Shown here one piece after another: positions 1 through 10,087 of a DNA stretch of 64,000 nt. The notes below the pieces were generated by a model. The model saw only the letters and a list, made by a program, of their open reading frames with translations. It did not search any database and was not told the origin of the DNA. This stretch comes from an uncultured Thermoplasmata archaeon (lineage in GTDB: Archaea; Thermoplasmatota; Thermoplasmata; UBA10834). The translations under genes and the position numbers were made by a program. The stretch is from positions 288,001 through 352,000 of the forward strand of contig CAVRDX010000001.1 in assembly GCA_963719945.1 (NCBI GenBank), in the 5' to 3' direction. The first letter of the stretch is position 1, and every line of letters starts with the position of its first letter.

Positions 1-1
1 A

Positions 2-355
2 GCGGCGTCCCTTATTTCCGGATCGGAGGAGGACATCCGTGCGACTGTGAAAACCAAGGAACTGCAACTGCTTGTCGATGTCCGGTTGAATGAAACCATC
101 ACGGGGATCAAGCCAATCCACGCGAAACTCGGACCAACCTTCAAGAAGGATGCAAAGGAGATAGTCGCATACATCTCCTCATTGAGTGGAGATGCGATCG
201 CTGCAGTGGACGATGGCATTGAAGTTCCTCTGAGCGATGGTAGGAAGATATCTCTTGGACGGGAGTTCTATGATGTCGTGAAGACGATGTCATCCGAGCG
301 TGGAGAACTCAACCATATCACTGCTGGCGGACTCTCTGTGCTGATATACAAGTGA
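2..355 (+). CDS. valS: Valyl-tRNA synthetase, C-terminal fragment (5' end outside window)
   Basis: Frame open from position 2 (AASLISGSEEDIRATVK...); IKPIHAKLGPTFKKDAK and the short terminal strands resemble the archaeal ValRS C-terminus; no IleRS-type downstream domain. Confidence 0.7.
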   Translation, partial: AASLISGSEEDIRATVKTKELQLLVDVRLNETITGIKPIHAKLGPTFKKDAKEIVAYISSLSGDAIAAVDDGIEVPLSDGRKISLGREFYDVVKTMSSERGELNHITAGGLSVLIYK

Positions 356-416
356 TTCAAGGCTGACAGCCTTCCTCGACAGTTTATAATACTCAGTCCA
401 CAATTTGCACCTGGAC

Positions 417-695
417 ATGGATAAGAAGGAGTTTGTCGTCGAGGCGCTCAGAGGTGTATTGGACCCTCACACGGGCGTCAGCGTATACGACATGGGACTG
501 ATTTCTGACATAGTGGTGGGCGAGGATTCTGTTGGGCTAACTTTCATGCCGACGAGTCCGTTCTGTCCCGTTGGCGTCGAACTCGCGAAAGCGATTAGGG
601 ATCAGGTCCTGACCGTTGATGGCATCACAAAGGTGAATGTCAAAGTGGTAGGACATGTCCGAGCGGACGATATCAACCGAGAGGTTAACGCCTGA
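417..695 (+). CDS. DUF59 / SufT-like metal-sulfur cluster assembly protein
   Basis: DPHTGVSVYDMGLI and PTSPFCPVG motifs; TATA-like tttataat at 383-390; ATG 417 preferred over TTG 405. Confidence 0.88.
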   Translation: MDKKEFVVEALRGVLDPHTGVSVYDMGLISDIVVGEDSVGLTFMPTSPFCPVGVELAKAIRDQVLTVDGITKVNVKVVGHVRADDINREVNA

Positions 696-2097
696 GCCGG
701 TCTCTTAACAGACTGACTCGGACGCGCTTTTCTGCCACGGTGCATCTCTCGAGATCCTTCATTGCTCCGAATGCAACGCTCTTGTGCAGATGGACCCTGC
801 TGTCCTCATCGCCTATCGTCACATCTCCTATGAGATGTTCCTGGACTCTGGCCTTCCTCTCTATGAACCTCAGCAGGTTGACCATGTCAATGCCATCTTT
901 TCTCCCCAGGTTGATCGCGAAGGCCACCATTCCGAAATGGTCTGCGTACTCTTCGAAGTCGAGCTGACGCTTCACGGTATCCCTGCCACCGGAGTCTGGC
1001 ACATCCTCCTCTTGGATTGTCGTCCTGCCGAAGTTCTCTATGGCTTTGACCAGATGACGCTCCTCATTGGAGACGAATGTGATAGCCTTCCCTGTGCGTC
1101 CAGCTCTTGCGGTTCTGCCGATCCTGTGAACATAGTCTTCGGGGTTCCCTGGGATGTCATAGTTGAACACGTGAGATATGCCTTCGACATCAATGCCTCT
1201 AGCAGCGACATCGGTGGCGACGAGGATCTTCAACTTACCATTCCGGTATTTCGCCATGACCTTCTCTCTCGCGGACTGGCTCATATCCCCATGGATGCCC
1301 TCAACGGAGTACCCATAGGCTCTGAGTTTTCTTACCAGTGTGTCCACCATCCTCTTCGTGGAACAGAATATCAATGAGAGTTCCGGCTTCTCCGTATCAA
1401 GTATCCTGCACAGGGCCCAGAGCTTGTTCTTCCTTCCAACGTTGATATAGACCTGCTCGGTCTGGTCGACCGTCAAGGTGTCCTGGCTGATATTCACTGT
1501 TTTGGGGTCCTTCATGTATCTGAGGGCGAGTTCCCTTATGGCCTCAGGAAGGGTCGCCGAGAAAAGCATGGTCTGCCTCTTCTTCGGAACCCTCTGGAGT
1601 ATCCATTCGATATCATCGATGAACCCCATGTCCAACATCCTGTCAGCCTCATCGAGCACAACGACGGATACATTATCGAACGCGAGTTCTCCTCTTCTCA
1701 TCAGATCCATCAATCGACCTGGTGTGCCTACTACGATCTCTACACCCTTCCTCAATCTGCTGACCTGGACGGTTATCGATTGTCCACCGTAGATTGCCAA
1801 GGGCCGTAGGTCCATGTACTTCGACAGTTCGAAGAAATCTTCGGCTACTTGAACGGCCAACTCCCTTGTAGGCACCAGTACAAGAACCTGTATTCCTTTC
1901 TTGGGCTGGATCTTGGATACGATCGGTATGGCGAACGCTCCTGTCTTCCCAGTGCCCGTCTGGGCCTGGGCCATCAGGTCGAAGCCTTGATTGGCTAAAG
2001 GTATGGTCTGTTCCTGAACTGGGGTTGGATCTTCCCATTCCAACTCGGATATAGCTCTGAGTAATTCTTGGCTGCTTATGAGCTCCTTAAATTCCAT
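685..2097 (-). CDS. DEAD-box RNA helicase with C-terminal DbpA-type RNA-binding domain (CsdA/DeaD-like)
   Basis: AQTGTGKT, PTRELA, DEAD, SAT, HRIGRTAR; C-terminal INLGRKDG...IGDVTI. Confidence 0.95.
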   Translation of the reverse strand: MEFKELISSQELLRAISELEWEDPTPVQEQTIPLANQGFDLMAQAQTGTGKTGAFAIPIVSKIQPKKGIQVLVLVPTRELAVQVAEDFFELSKYMDLRPLAIYGGQSITVQVSRLRKGVEIVVGTPGRLMDLMRRGELAFDNVSVVVLDEADRMLDMGFIDDIEWILQRVPKKRQTMLFSATLPEAIRELALRYMKDPKTVNISQDTLTVDQTEQVYINVGRKNKLWALCRILDTEKPELSLIFCSTKRMVDTLVRKLRAYGYSVEGIHGDMSQSAREKVMAKYRNGKLKILVATDVAARGIDVEGISHVFNYDIPGNPEDYVHRIGRTARAGRTGKAITFVSNEERHLVKAIENFGRTTIQEEDVPDSGGRDTVKRQLDFEEYADHFGMVAFAINLGRKDGIDMVNLLRFIERKARVQEHLIGDVTIGDEDSRVHLHKSVAFGAMKDLERCTVAEKRVRVSLLRDRLRR

Positions 2098-2187
2098 GCT
2101 TTCAATCTTCCTTGTCTTGTTCCAGATATCGAGTTAGTCTTTTTGTACTATTTGAATCCATATGGTTTCCAAGCGTAGGTCGTACAG

Positions 2188-2844
2188 ATGGTCGGTGGCT
2201 TATCCAAGGCAAGGGACGCCTGGCAAAGGTTGTATTCCAAACGCGGGCTTCATTATGGGGGTACTGGCGACATATCATTCCTGGAGCCTCATTTGCGGAA
2301 AGGGAGCCTCGCATTAGATGCCGGTTGCGGAGATGGGAAGACGACCGAAGCCCTCCTCAAGAGATGCGATGTGGTGGCATGTGATTTCTCTCGAGAGGCT
2401 CTCATGGCGCTGAGATCTCAGCGTGATCAGGATAGAATAGCTAATCTGGTCGAATGCAATATATTGAAACTCCCATTTGGTGAAGAAAAGTTCGATGTGA
2501 TTTCTTGCGTTCACATCCTTTCGCACATGGTCGGGGTGGAAAGGATCACAGCGGCGAACCAGTTATCCGCAGCCCTCAAGTCGGGCGGGTTCATGCTCGT
2601 CGAGGTCTTCGGTCGAGGGGATATAAGATGCGGGGAAGGCAAGGAGGTCGAGGATTTCTCCTACCTTCGTGGAGACGGCATAATGACCCACTACTTCCAG
2701 GAGGGCGAAGTCCAGTCCCTGTTCCGAACCTTCGAGATTGTGATGGAAATCGGTGCGATAAGGAGGGTCACCTTCGGTGCGGTCGCGGGCAAGAGGGATG
2801 TCCTCAGGGTGCTGATGCGGAAGCCCGGAGACAAACCCGTATAG
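2188..2844 (+). CDS. Class I SAM-dependent methyltransferase
   Basis: LDAGCGDGK motif I, ACDFS, LPFGEEKFDVI, LKSGG. Confidence 0.9.
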   Translation: MVGGLSKARDAWQRLYSKRGLHYGGTGDISFLEPHLRKGSLALDAGCGDGKTTEALLKRCDVVACDFSREALMALRSQRDQDRIANLVECNILKLPFGEEKFDVISCVHILSHMVGVERITAANQLSAALKSGGFMLVEVFGRGDIRCGEGKEVEDFSYLRGDGIMTHYFQEGEVQSLFRTFEIVMEIGAIRRVTFGAVAGKRDVLRVLMRKPGDKPV

Positions 2845-2998
2845 AAATCGACATAAGTCTTCCGCCAGAGATCGACTATCTGCTTCATGATTCAGAGATC
2901 ATCCGCCAAGGCGATGCACTGATTTAGGAATACGAGGAGCGGATTGCTTGAATCAATGCCTCGAAAGTTTTATTATGTCGACGACTGGATGCAGCCGC

Positions 2999-3280
2999 AT
3001 GGTCAGCAAGGTTCATGCAGCGCACATATTGGTGAAGAGCGAGAACGAGGCCAAGGAACTGATGAACAAGGTCAAGGGCGGAGAGAACTTTGGAGAGTTG
3101 GCAAAGAAGCACTCGGAATGCCCTTCAGGCAAGAATGGTGGGGACCTCGGCTGGTTCGGGAAGAACATGATGGTCCGCGAGTTCGAAGTCGCAGCTTTCG
3201 CGGGAGAGAAGGGCCAGGTAGTCGGTCCCATTAAGACTCAGTTCGGATGGCATCTGATTCGAGTTCTTGATAAGAACTGA
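2999..3280 (+). CDS. ppiC: Parvulin-type peptidyl-prolyl cis-trans isomerase
   Basis: HAAHILVK, FGELAKKHSECPS, GGDLGWF, MVREFE, KTQFGWHLI. Confidence 0.95.
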   Translation: MVSKVHAAHILVKSENEAKELMNKVKGGENFGELAKKHSECPSGKNGGDLGWFGKNMMVREFEVAAFAGEKGQVVGPIKTQFGWHLIRVLDKN

Positions 3281-3510
3281 ATTGATAGGTCCGGGTGCAG
3301 AAGCCTGTCCTCGAACCATCTTAAACCACTTCTTTCATATTCTCGATGTATCTGACAGATATTCTCATCCGACATTTGTAGAGCTGGATATGGTCGGTCT
3401 CGGAATAGCTTTTCTTCGCGGTTGCTGGCAGTTTGATATTCCCGAAAGTGAAATATCCTAAATCCCTTTGGTAGCAAATTATAAGCCAAGTTCATCCATG
3501 CGCAGAAGTC

Positions 3511-3987
3511 ATGGTAGCCGCAGCATCAAAGACGTCCGAGTTCCGACGGATAGATGATTATGGTGCAGTGAAGGAGCTGGCGATCAGGGCGGGCCTGGAT
3601 GTGGCGGATAAGCCGATCGACGACATAGTCGCAGCCTTTGGATACTTCGTTGATGGCACGCTCATGGGCAGTGCCGCACTCGAATTCGAGGAAGGCAATC
3701 ATTTTCTCGAATGGGTTGCTGTCGATAGCAGTGTAAGGCTTAGAGGAATAGGCGCATCACTCGTGGGCATGGTTGAGGACGAGGCGATGTCTCGAGGAAT
3801 GACCGAACTCTGGGCAAAGGCAAGGATTCCGGATTTCTACCGGCGGATCGGCTATCGCATTCTGAGCAAGGACGAGCGAGGTCTGAAGACTCTCGATGGA
3901 TGTCGGGGATGCCCAGAGCGCAACAAAACATGCCATCCAGCAATAATCGTGAAGAACCTAGGGCCGAAGCGGAGAACGGTCTCTTGA
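3511..3987 (+). CDS. GNAT N-acetyltransferase with Cys-rich tail
   Basis: VAVDSSVRLRGIGASL acetyl-CoA motif, FYRRIGY, C-terminal CRGCPERNKTC. Confidence 0.85.
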   Translation: MVAAASKTSEFRRIDDYGAVKELAIRAGLDVADKPIDDIVAAFGYFVDGTLMGSAALEFEEGNHFLEWVAVDSSVRLRGIGASLVGMVEDEAMSRGMTELWAKARIPDFYRRIGYRILSKDERGLKTLDGCRGCPERNKTCHPAIIVKNLGPKRRTVS

Positions 3988-4007
3988 ATCACTGGCCCCT
4001 AGGCTTT

Positions 4008-5171
4008 TCATTCTTCGTATGGCTTGCCTTCGCCTAGCACTGCGTGTACTTTTGGCATAAGATCCTTGACCGGTATCTTCTGCGGGCATTTCTCTACGCA
4101 TTCACCACATTGTGTGCATGCACTGGCACGGCCACCTTCTTCGAGGAATCTCTGATAGGAGAATCGCGATGACTCCACCGCTTCGTACATGAATCCTTCA
4201 TTGTATAGTTCGAAATTGGATGGTATCTTGACTCCACTCGGGCAGGGCATGCAATATCCACACTTGGTGCACTGGACGAGCATCTTCTGCCGGTACTTCT
4301 CCTGTATCCTCTTGATCAGGCTCTGTTCATCCTCGCTGAGATGATTAGGTCTTGATGCTTCTGCGGATCTCAGGTTCTCATTGACTTGGTCCATGGTACT
4401 CATGCCACTGAGGATGAGGGAGACCTCCGGTTGGTCCCATATCCATTGGAGCGCCAGATCAGCCGGAGTCCGTGTGGATTCCGATTCATTCAGAACATCA
4501 GTTATCTGCCTAGGCGGCCTTGCCAGCTTTCCGCCCAGAAGCGGTTCCATTATGACGACCGCGAGCCCCTTTGATGCGGCGTACTTCAACCCTTCCGTGC
4601 CTGCTTGGTTCTCTGTGTCCATGTAGTTGTACTGTATCTGGCAGAACGTCCATTTGTCATATCCATCCATTATTGTCCTGAACGCCTCGATATCATCGTG
4701 GAATGAGAATCCAAGATGCCTGATTCTTCCGTCTCTGATTGCAGCCTCCGCTTTATCGAGCAATCCCAACTTGATTACAGTGTCTTCCCATCTCTCCTTT
4801 CCCAGACCATGGAGCAGATAGAAATCGATGTAGTCGGTCCGAAGTCTATCAAGCTGTTCGTTCAGGTATTTATCAAAATCATCAGCTTCTTTGACCAGCC
4901 ATACGGGGGATTTCGTTGCGAGCCTCACTTTCTCCCTGTATCCGTCCTTGAGCACATTGCCCAGCAGAACCTCGCTCTTTCCTTCGTGATATGGATATGC
5001 CGTGTCTATGTAGTTGACACCCTTATCGATGGCCGAGCGGATCATCTTGGTCGCCATCCCTTCATCGATGTTCCCTCCAAATGGGTTGCCATCGGTGGTG
5101 GGAAGGCGCATGCATCCGAAACCTAGAGCTGAAGTCTTCCAGTCGAGCTTCCCAAAATCTCTGTACTGCAT
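4008..5171 (-). CDS. Aldo/keto reductase with C-terminal 4Fe-4S dicluster domain
   Basis: LGFGCMRLP, IDTAYPYH, LGFSFH, MEPLLGG; CTKCGYCMPC and CTQCGECVEKCP. Confidence 0.93.
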   Translation of the reverse strand: MQYRDFGKLDWKTSALGFGCMRLPTTDGNPFGGNIDEGMATKMIRSAIDKGVNYIDTAYPYHEGKSEVLLGNVLKDGYREKVRLATKSPVWLVKEADDFDKYLNEQLDRLRTDYIDFYLLHGLGKERWEDTVIKLGLLDKAEAAIRDGRIRHLGFSFHDDIEAFRTIMDGYDKWTFCQIQYNYMDTENQAGTEGLKYAASKGLAVVIMEPLLGGKLARPPRQITDVLNESESTRTPADLALQWIWDQPEVSLILSGMSTMDQVNENLRSAEASRPNHLSEDEQSLIKRIQEKYRQKMLVQCTKCGYCMPCPSGVKIPSNFELYNEGFMYEAVESSRFSYQRFLEEGGRASACTQCGECVEKCPQKIPVKDLMPKVHAVLGEGKPYEE

Positions 5172-5666
5172 CTCAACACCTTCTGGATATCAATGATTCT
5201 CAGGGTCGTTCCTTGACGTTTCCGGCTTCCATGACCAATGAATCATCTTCGGGATCGATTTGGAGTCATTTCTCCAATACCTGTGTTTGTGCAAGCATGG
5301 GCCATGGATCGTATGACCGAGCCTGATATGGCTCTGCAAGAGCATAGGCTTGCATGACAAATAACCATTGCCCCAAGACGCAATGGTGAGGGGATATCAG
5401 CAGATGATTTGTGGGCGAGTGCGAATTGGCTGCTCGCATAACCGCCAAAGCTCGGTCATATCCATCTGTTTAATATGTACATCATTATTCCCCTGATTGG
5501 GCATCTTTGAGTTTATCGGAAGCAGCGGATGGGATAATGATGAATGACGCTTGGATTGAGCAGGGCGAGGGTTTCGGAGCCATTGGAGCGGAACCCAGGT
5601 CCGATTATCTTCGTCTGCTATTGACACAGTCTGCTCTTGTTGCGCAGTGATCGGTGAAGCTGCATC

Positions 5667-7535
5667 ATGTCTTTCAAAAGAATTCTTTTAGTCAAGCCTT
5701 CTGGCAGGCACGGTCTCTCTTATGCATTCGACCTGGTTCCGACCGCGCTTGAATACATTGCTGCTGCTGTTGAGGATATCACAGATACAGTGACCATCTT
5801 GGACCTCGAGATGGAGCCTGGGACATTCGAAGAAGCTTTCAAGGAGTCCTTGATGGCTCTGGATCCTGACCTTGTGGGGATTACGATGTCTGCCACCGAT
5901 CACAGCGAAGGCCTGGAAATCGCACGGTTGGCCAAGAGTCACGGGGCATTGACCATATTGGGCGGATATCATCCCACAGCCATCGTCGATGAACTCTTAT
6001 TGCAGCCCCAGGTGGACATGGTAATCCGTGGCGAAGGCGAAATCACCATGCGGGAGCTGGTCGAAAATGGTGGGCCAGAAGGTGTGCGGGGCATCTCGTA
6101 CAGGAAGAATGCGCAGATAATTCATAACCCTGATCGAGAGTTCGTTGATGATCTGGATAGTCTGCCTTTTCCAGCTCGACACCTTAGGAGATATGACTAT
6201 GGTACAAGGCTGATGCCAGATCGAGAGTATGATGTCTTGACGACCTCCAGAGGGTGTTTCGGCAGATGCACTTTCTGTTGTGAGCCAACCATGAGCAAAG
6301 GTCATCAGCGCTTCCGCTCTCCAGAGAATGTCATGGAGGAAATATTGGAGATAGTCTCTTTCCACGACAACAAGCCAATTAGCATTGATATCACCGACCC
6401 TCATTTCATGGGGCGACCAGAGCTAGTGGAGCAGCTGTGCGATCTCTTGGCCCAGCATGAGCTCGACATACGTTTCGGCGTCAAGGTGCGAGCAGATTCG
6501 GTGGCGAAGCATCCTGACATCGTACGGAAGATGATTGCAGTCGGGATTGAGGGTTTCGAAATGGGCATAGAAAGCCCTAACATGGCTGACATCAAATCTG
6601 TATCCAAGGGCATGAGTACCGACGTGCACATCCAGGCGGTCAACAACATAAAAAGATGGGGCGGGAATGCAGGCGGGACATTTGTAATCGGCCTCCCTGA
6701 TCAGACCGAGGACCAGATACTGGAATTCCCCACATATGCCAAGAAGATAGGACTCACTAGCACTGCCTACGGCATCGCGACACCTTTTCCTGGCACCCGA
6801 TTCTATGATGAATTGGATGCCCAGGGGCTGATCTTCGAGACAGACTGGAATCGTTATGATGAGATGCACTCGATATTCAAGTCCAAACATATCTCCAGCG
6901 AACGGATGGAAGAGCTGGCCTCCATCTGCATGGCCCGATTCTGGACTGTTGACATGTTCATCGAAAAGGAGCGTATGCATCTGATAAGGCATGGGTCCAA
7001 AAGATCACTCGCCAGATTCCTCGCTGAAAAGATGCATGAACTGAGTTTCTCGATTGAGATGGGTTCGCAACTCCAGAACAAGAATCTGGGGAAGCATGTG
7101 CAAGCGGTGATAGAAGCGTCAGCGGACCCTGGCGTGGAAGGTTATACGAGGAACACTGGGGTACACAACATCATCGACATGACCTTGTTCCTAAGACTCC
7201 TTGGTGATCAGACCGTGCAACTCACAGTGATGAGCGATGGAATAGCTATCACGAGCTGGATTCTAAAGACCACACGAGATGGGGTAGAGTATATTCGAGT
7301 CATCCCTGGGAAATCTGACCTGAACACCATCAATCTGGATGTGGATCTAGATCATTTCGATTTCGGCGGGGACCGTGGCCTAAACATCATCGATAGCATC
7401 CGAATCTTGGGGAAGATGCTCGCATCGAACCGAGGGATAAGAAAGCAGCCTCGCATGTTCCGATTGTTGATTGCTGGAGTCCTCGAGTTGGTTGCTGGGT
7501 ATCTGAGATCTATTGATCGGGCAAGGGCGGATTGA
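5667..7535 (+). CDS. Cobalamin-binding radical SAM enzyme with C-terminal extension
   Basis: N-terminal B12-binding region (GGYHPT, RGEGE), SRGCFGRCTFC (CxxxCxxC), GIES, IGLP, TPFPGT; about 190 extra residues after the core. Confidence 0.92.
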   Translation: MSFKRILLVKPSGRHGLSYAFDLVPTALEYIAAAVEDITDTVTILDLEMEPGTFEEAFKESLMALDPDLVGITMSATDHSEGLEIARLAKSHGALTILGGYHPTAIVDELLLQPQVDMVIRGEGEITMRELVENGGPEGVRGISYRKNAQIIHNPDREFVDDLDSLPFPARHLRRYDYGTRLMPDREYDVLTTSRGCFGRCTFCCEPTMSKGHQRFRSPENVMEEILEIVSFHDNKPISIDITDPHFMGRPELVEQLCDLLAQHELDIRFGVKVRADSVAKHPDIVRKMIAVGIEGFEMGIESPNMADIKSVSKGMSTDVHIQAVNNIKRWGGNAGGTFVIGLPDQTEDQILEFPTYAKKIGLTSTAYGIATPFPGTRFYDELDAQGLIFETDWNRYDEMHSIFKSKHISSERMEELASICMARFWTVDMFIEKERMHLIRHGSKRSLARFLAEKMHELSFSIEMGSQLQNKNLGKHVQAVIEASADPGVEGYTRNTGVHNIIDMTLFLRLLGDQTVQLTVMSDGIAITSWILKTTRDGVEYIRVIPGKSDLNTINLDVDLDHFDFGGDRGLNIIDSIRILGKMLASNRGIRKQPRMFRLLIAGVLELVAGYLRSIDRARAD

Positions 7536-7559
7536 TTCGCATACTATTTGCCTGATATG

Positions 7560-7970
7560 TCATTTCTCTGATTGATCGAAGTAATATCCACATGGTTCGT
7601 GCAGCTGCTCATCCTTGGTTCTCGGATACTTGCGACACTGAATGGGTCTTATCGCATATGCCTTGCACTTAGCTATCGGTGGGTCGTCATCAGAATACCT
7701 AAGGAATGGACATTTGACAAGGAACTGACAACACGCTCCGCAATTTCTGCAGTTCCCACTCCTCTTCGAATCTATCGGTAATACGAGGCTGGTCACGAAT
7801 CTCTTCATCTTGCCATCGAAAGGGCCGTTGGGGAATCTTGATGAGTTCATAGTTTCCCTTCTGTGGGAGAAGATCCTGTCATCTGATGCTCGCAATACTT
7901 CGGTATGCTGTTCGGCATTATATCTGTACGTGTCATCATCATTCACGTCATCCCATCGCTTAGATACCAT
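7560..7970 (-). CDS. Small Cys-cluster protein (YkgJ / CxxCxxCC-like)
   Basis: GNCRNCGACC, CPFL, CKAYAIRPIQCRKYP, CGY. Confidence 0.75.
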   Translation of the reverse strand: MVSKRWDDVNDDDTYRYNAEQHTEVLRASDDRIFSHRRETMNSSRFPNGPFDGKMKRFVTSLVLPIDSKRSGNCRNCGACCQFLVKCPFLRYSDDDPPIAKCKAYAIRPIQCRKYPRTKDEQLHEPCGYYFDQSEK

Positions 7971-8015
7971 GGCGGTATCCAGTCCTGATTTCCTCGATTC
8001 TCTCTCTATTGGGGA

Positions 8016-8888
8016 TCACTCTTGATTGATACTGCCCGTGCCTGTCAATTCCTCACTGATTCTCCAAAGCCTCTTCGCCACGCTCTCATCATAGGATTCC
8101 TTCGAGGATTTCTTCACTTTCTTCTTTGCGAAGTACTTCCCGGATACCGAAACGACCTCTGGAGAGGATGCCAAGTATATCGACGTCTGAGCCCCTTTCC
8201 TGGCGCTGATCATGAATGGCTTGCTCAGCAGGATGAACAACTTCCACGCGCCTGTTGTGTCTTTCCCGAAATTAGTTCTCACCATTCCAGGATGGAGGCA
8301 GTTGACGGTCACGCCGGTGTCTGAGAGTCTTCTCGCGAGTTCATATGTGAATAGAATATTCGCCAGTTTTGCCTGCCCATACGCCTTTCCGGGAGTGTAT
8401 CCCTTCTCGATCATGATATCATCGAAATCAATGTGACCCATAATATGACCCACTGAACTCAAATTGATTATCCTCGATGGGGCACTTCTGATGATGATGT
8501 CGAGGAGCAGCGATGTCAGGAGGAAGTGCGACAGATGGTCAAGAGCTAGAGTGTATTCATAGCCATCGACTGAGATTCGTCTTTCGTTAATTATCTCCCC
8601 TGCATTGTTGATGAGCACATCGAGTCGGTCGTATTTTTCTCTGTACTCGGATGCAAGTCTGCGGACACTTTCCATTGATGTCAGGTCGCAGGGTAGATAG
8701 TCGATGTCTTTATTCTCGGTCTCAGACCTCATCTCATCAACAATTCTGATCAGTTTCTCCTTCGACCGACTGACGAGCACGAGTGTGGCTCCCATATGGG
8801 CTAATCCTCTCGCAGTTTCTTTGCCTATGCCCCCGGTGGCTCCGGTTATCATCACGACTTTTCCTTTCATCGAATCGTTATGTGGCAT
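8016..8888 (-). CDS. Short-chain dehydrogenase/reductase (retinol dehydrogenase/WWOX-like)
   Basis: TGATGGIG, INNAG, YGQAK, LHPGMVRT, AKRLWRISEEL. Confidence 0.95.
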   Translation of the reverse strand: MPHNDSMKGKVVMITGATGGIGKETARGLAHMGATLVLVSRSKEKLIRIVDEMRSETENKDIDYLPCDLTSMESVRRLASEYREKYDRLDVLINNAGEIINERRISVDGYEYTLALDHLSHFLLTSLLLDIIIRSAPSRIINLSSVGHIMGHIDFDDIMIEKGYTPGKAYGQAKLANILFTYELARRLSDTGVTVNCLHPGMVRTNFGKDTTGAWKLFILLSKPFMISARKGAQTSIYLASSPEVVSVSGKYFAKKKVKKSSKESYDESVAKRLWRISEELTGTGSINQE

Positions 8889-9049
8889 AGTTATTCACAA
8901 TCCTCCTCCTCCAAATCTCCGCCAGTGCGCATAGACTTATGGATTGGAATATATCTTTTGTGTTGCGAGCACTATGATCCGTTTGCCATGGTTATTTGAT
9001 TCGGGTCAAACCTCGGTGAATTCATAATCAAATTAATATAGCGCAATCT

Positions 9050-9367
9050 TTGTCTTTATACTGGGGATTTGGTATGAATATCTCAAACAGACAGGCAATG
9101 ATGACTGTTCTCATAGTATTTTCATCTCTGATGTTCTTTCTCGTGTTGGGGTCGGAGACTGCATCCGCAAGGATGACCGCTAATGAACTCAATCCGCCAT
9201 GGTGGGAGAATCCATTGATCCAACCTTGCATCATGGTACTAATCACAATCATCCTCTATGCTGTATCGGCAGCAATCATCCTTGGTCCAAGGACTGAGCG
9301 GACGCATATACCGATGGACGAACTGAGCCGGACATCAAGATACGAAATCAATATGAGACGGATTTGA
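9050..9367 (+). CDS. Hypothetical small membrane protein
   Basis: Two hydrophobic segments; fills the gap between neighbours; start uncertain. Confidence 0.5.
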   Translation: MSLYWGFGMNISNRQAMMTVLIVFSSLMFFLVLGSETASARMTANELNPPWWENPLIQPCIMVLITIILYAVSAAIILGPRTERTHIPMDELSRTSRYEINMRRI

Positions 9368-9469
9368 TGAAATCGATATTCTCCTGTAGATGATGTCCGC
9401 GGTTATCTTGATAATTGTGATAGCAGATTTCATTTCCAGATTTCAATCAAGGATGTATTATGGGAGAAA

Positions 9470-9913
9470 TTACTGCGTATTCTGTGGATGAGATTCGAGT
9501 TCATCTTTCAGAAGAGTCAGGCCCTTGATGAGTGCTTCGTTCATATGCTCACCTACTTGTTCCGCCGCCGTCTGCGGATCAGATTGCGCCGAATCTGGGC
9601 TTCGAGGAGTGTATTCCCGGAGATTGTTCTGCATACGATTCCTTTCCCTGAGAATCTTTGCCATGAAGGACCATATGGATGCAATGCATTCTATGCGATT
9701 CATAGTGTTCTCATCCTTAGATCCTGATACTTGTATCAATCTGGAGCTGTCTTCCATAGCAGATCTAAGCGACAGTCCATCAACTGAAACGGCGAGATCC
9801 TCCTCTGATGCATTTATTCTGAGTGATTCGAGCGCCTTGGATATCTCATCGATTGCTCTCCGGGTCTTCCTAGGAAGCCGGCCCGGAGATCCGTCACGTC
9901 TGAACAAGCCCAT
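9470..9913 (-). CDS. Hypothetical protein
   Basis: 147-aa ORF with ATG start and helical charged composition; no recognised motif. Confidence 0.5.
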   Translation of the reverse strand: MGLFRRDGSPGRLPRKTRRAIDEISKALESLRINASEEDLAVSVDGLSLRSAMEDSSRLIQVSGSKDENTMNRIECIASIWSFMAKILRERNRMQNNLREYTPRSPDSAQSDPQTAAEQVGEHMNEALIKGLTLLKDELESHPQNTQ

Positions 9914-10087
9914 GGGTGATGTGTATGATTGTCATTGGCATATTGTGTTTTCGCATGATGTGAGCATTGTGGGAAGCCCTGTCTGGCTCATGTTCAAATT
10001 GCGACAAGAATGGGAGCCTACACCGTCCACATAGTCATGAATAACCCTTATCTCCTATTGCAGGATGATGATTGGAGAGAGAAACAG

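Noticed and set aside
5172-5666. Short ORFs in the ~500-bp gap between the aldo/keto reductase and radical SAM genes
   Set aside because: No motif, SD or coherent frame; treated as divergent promoter region
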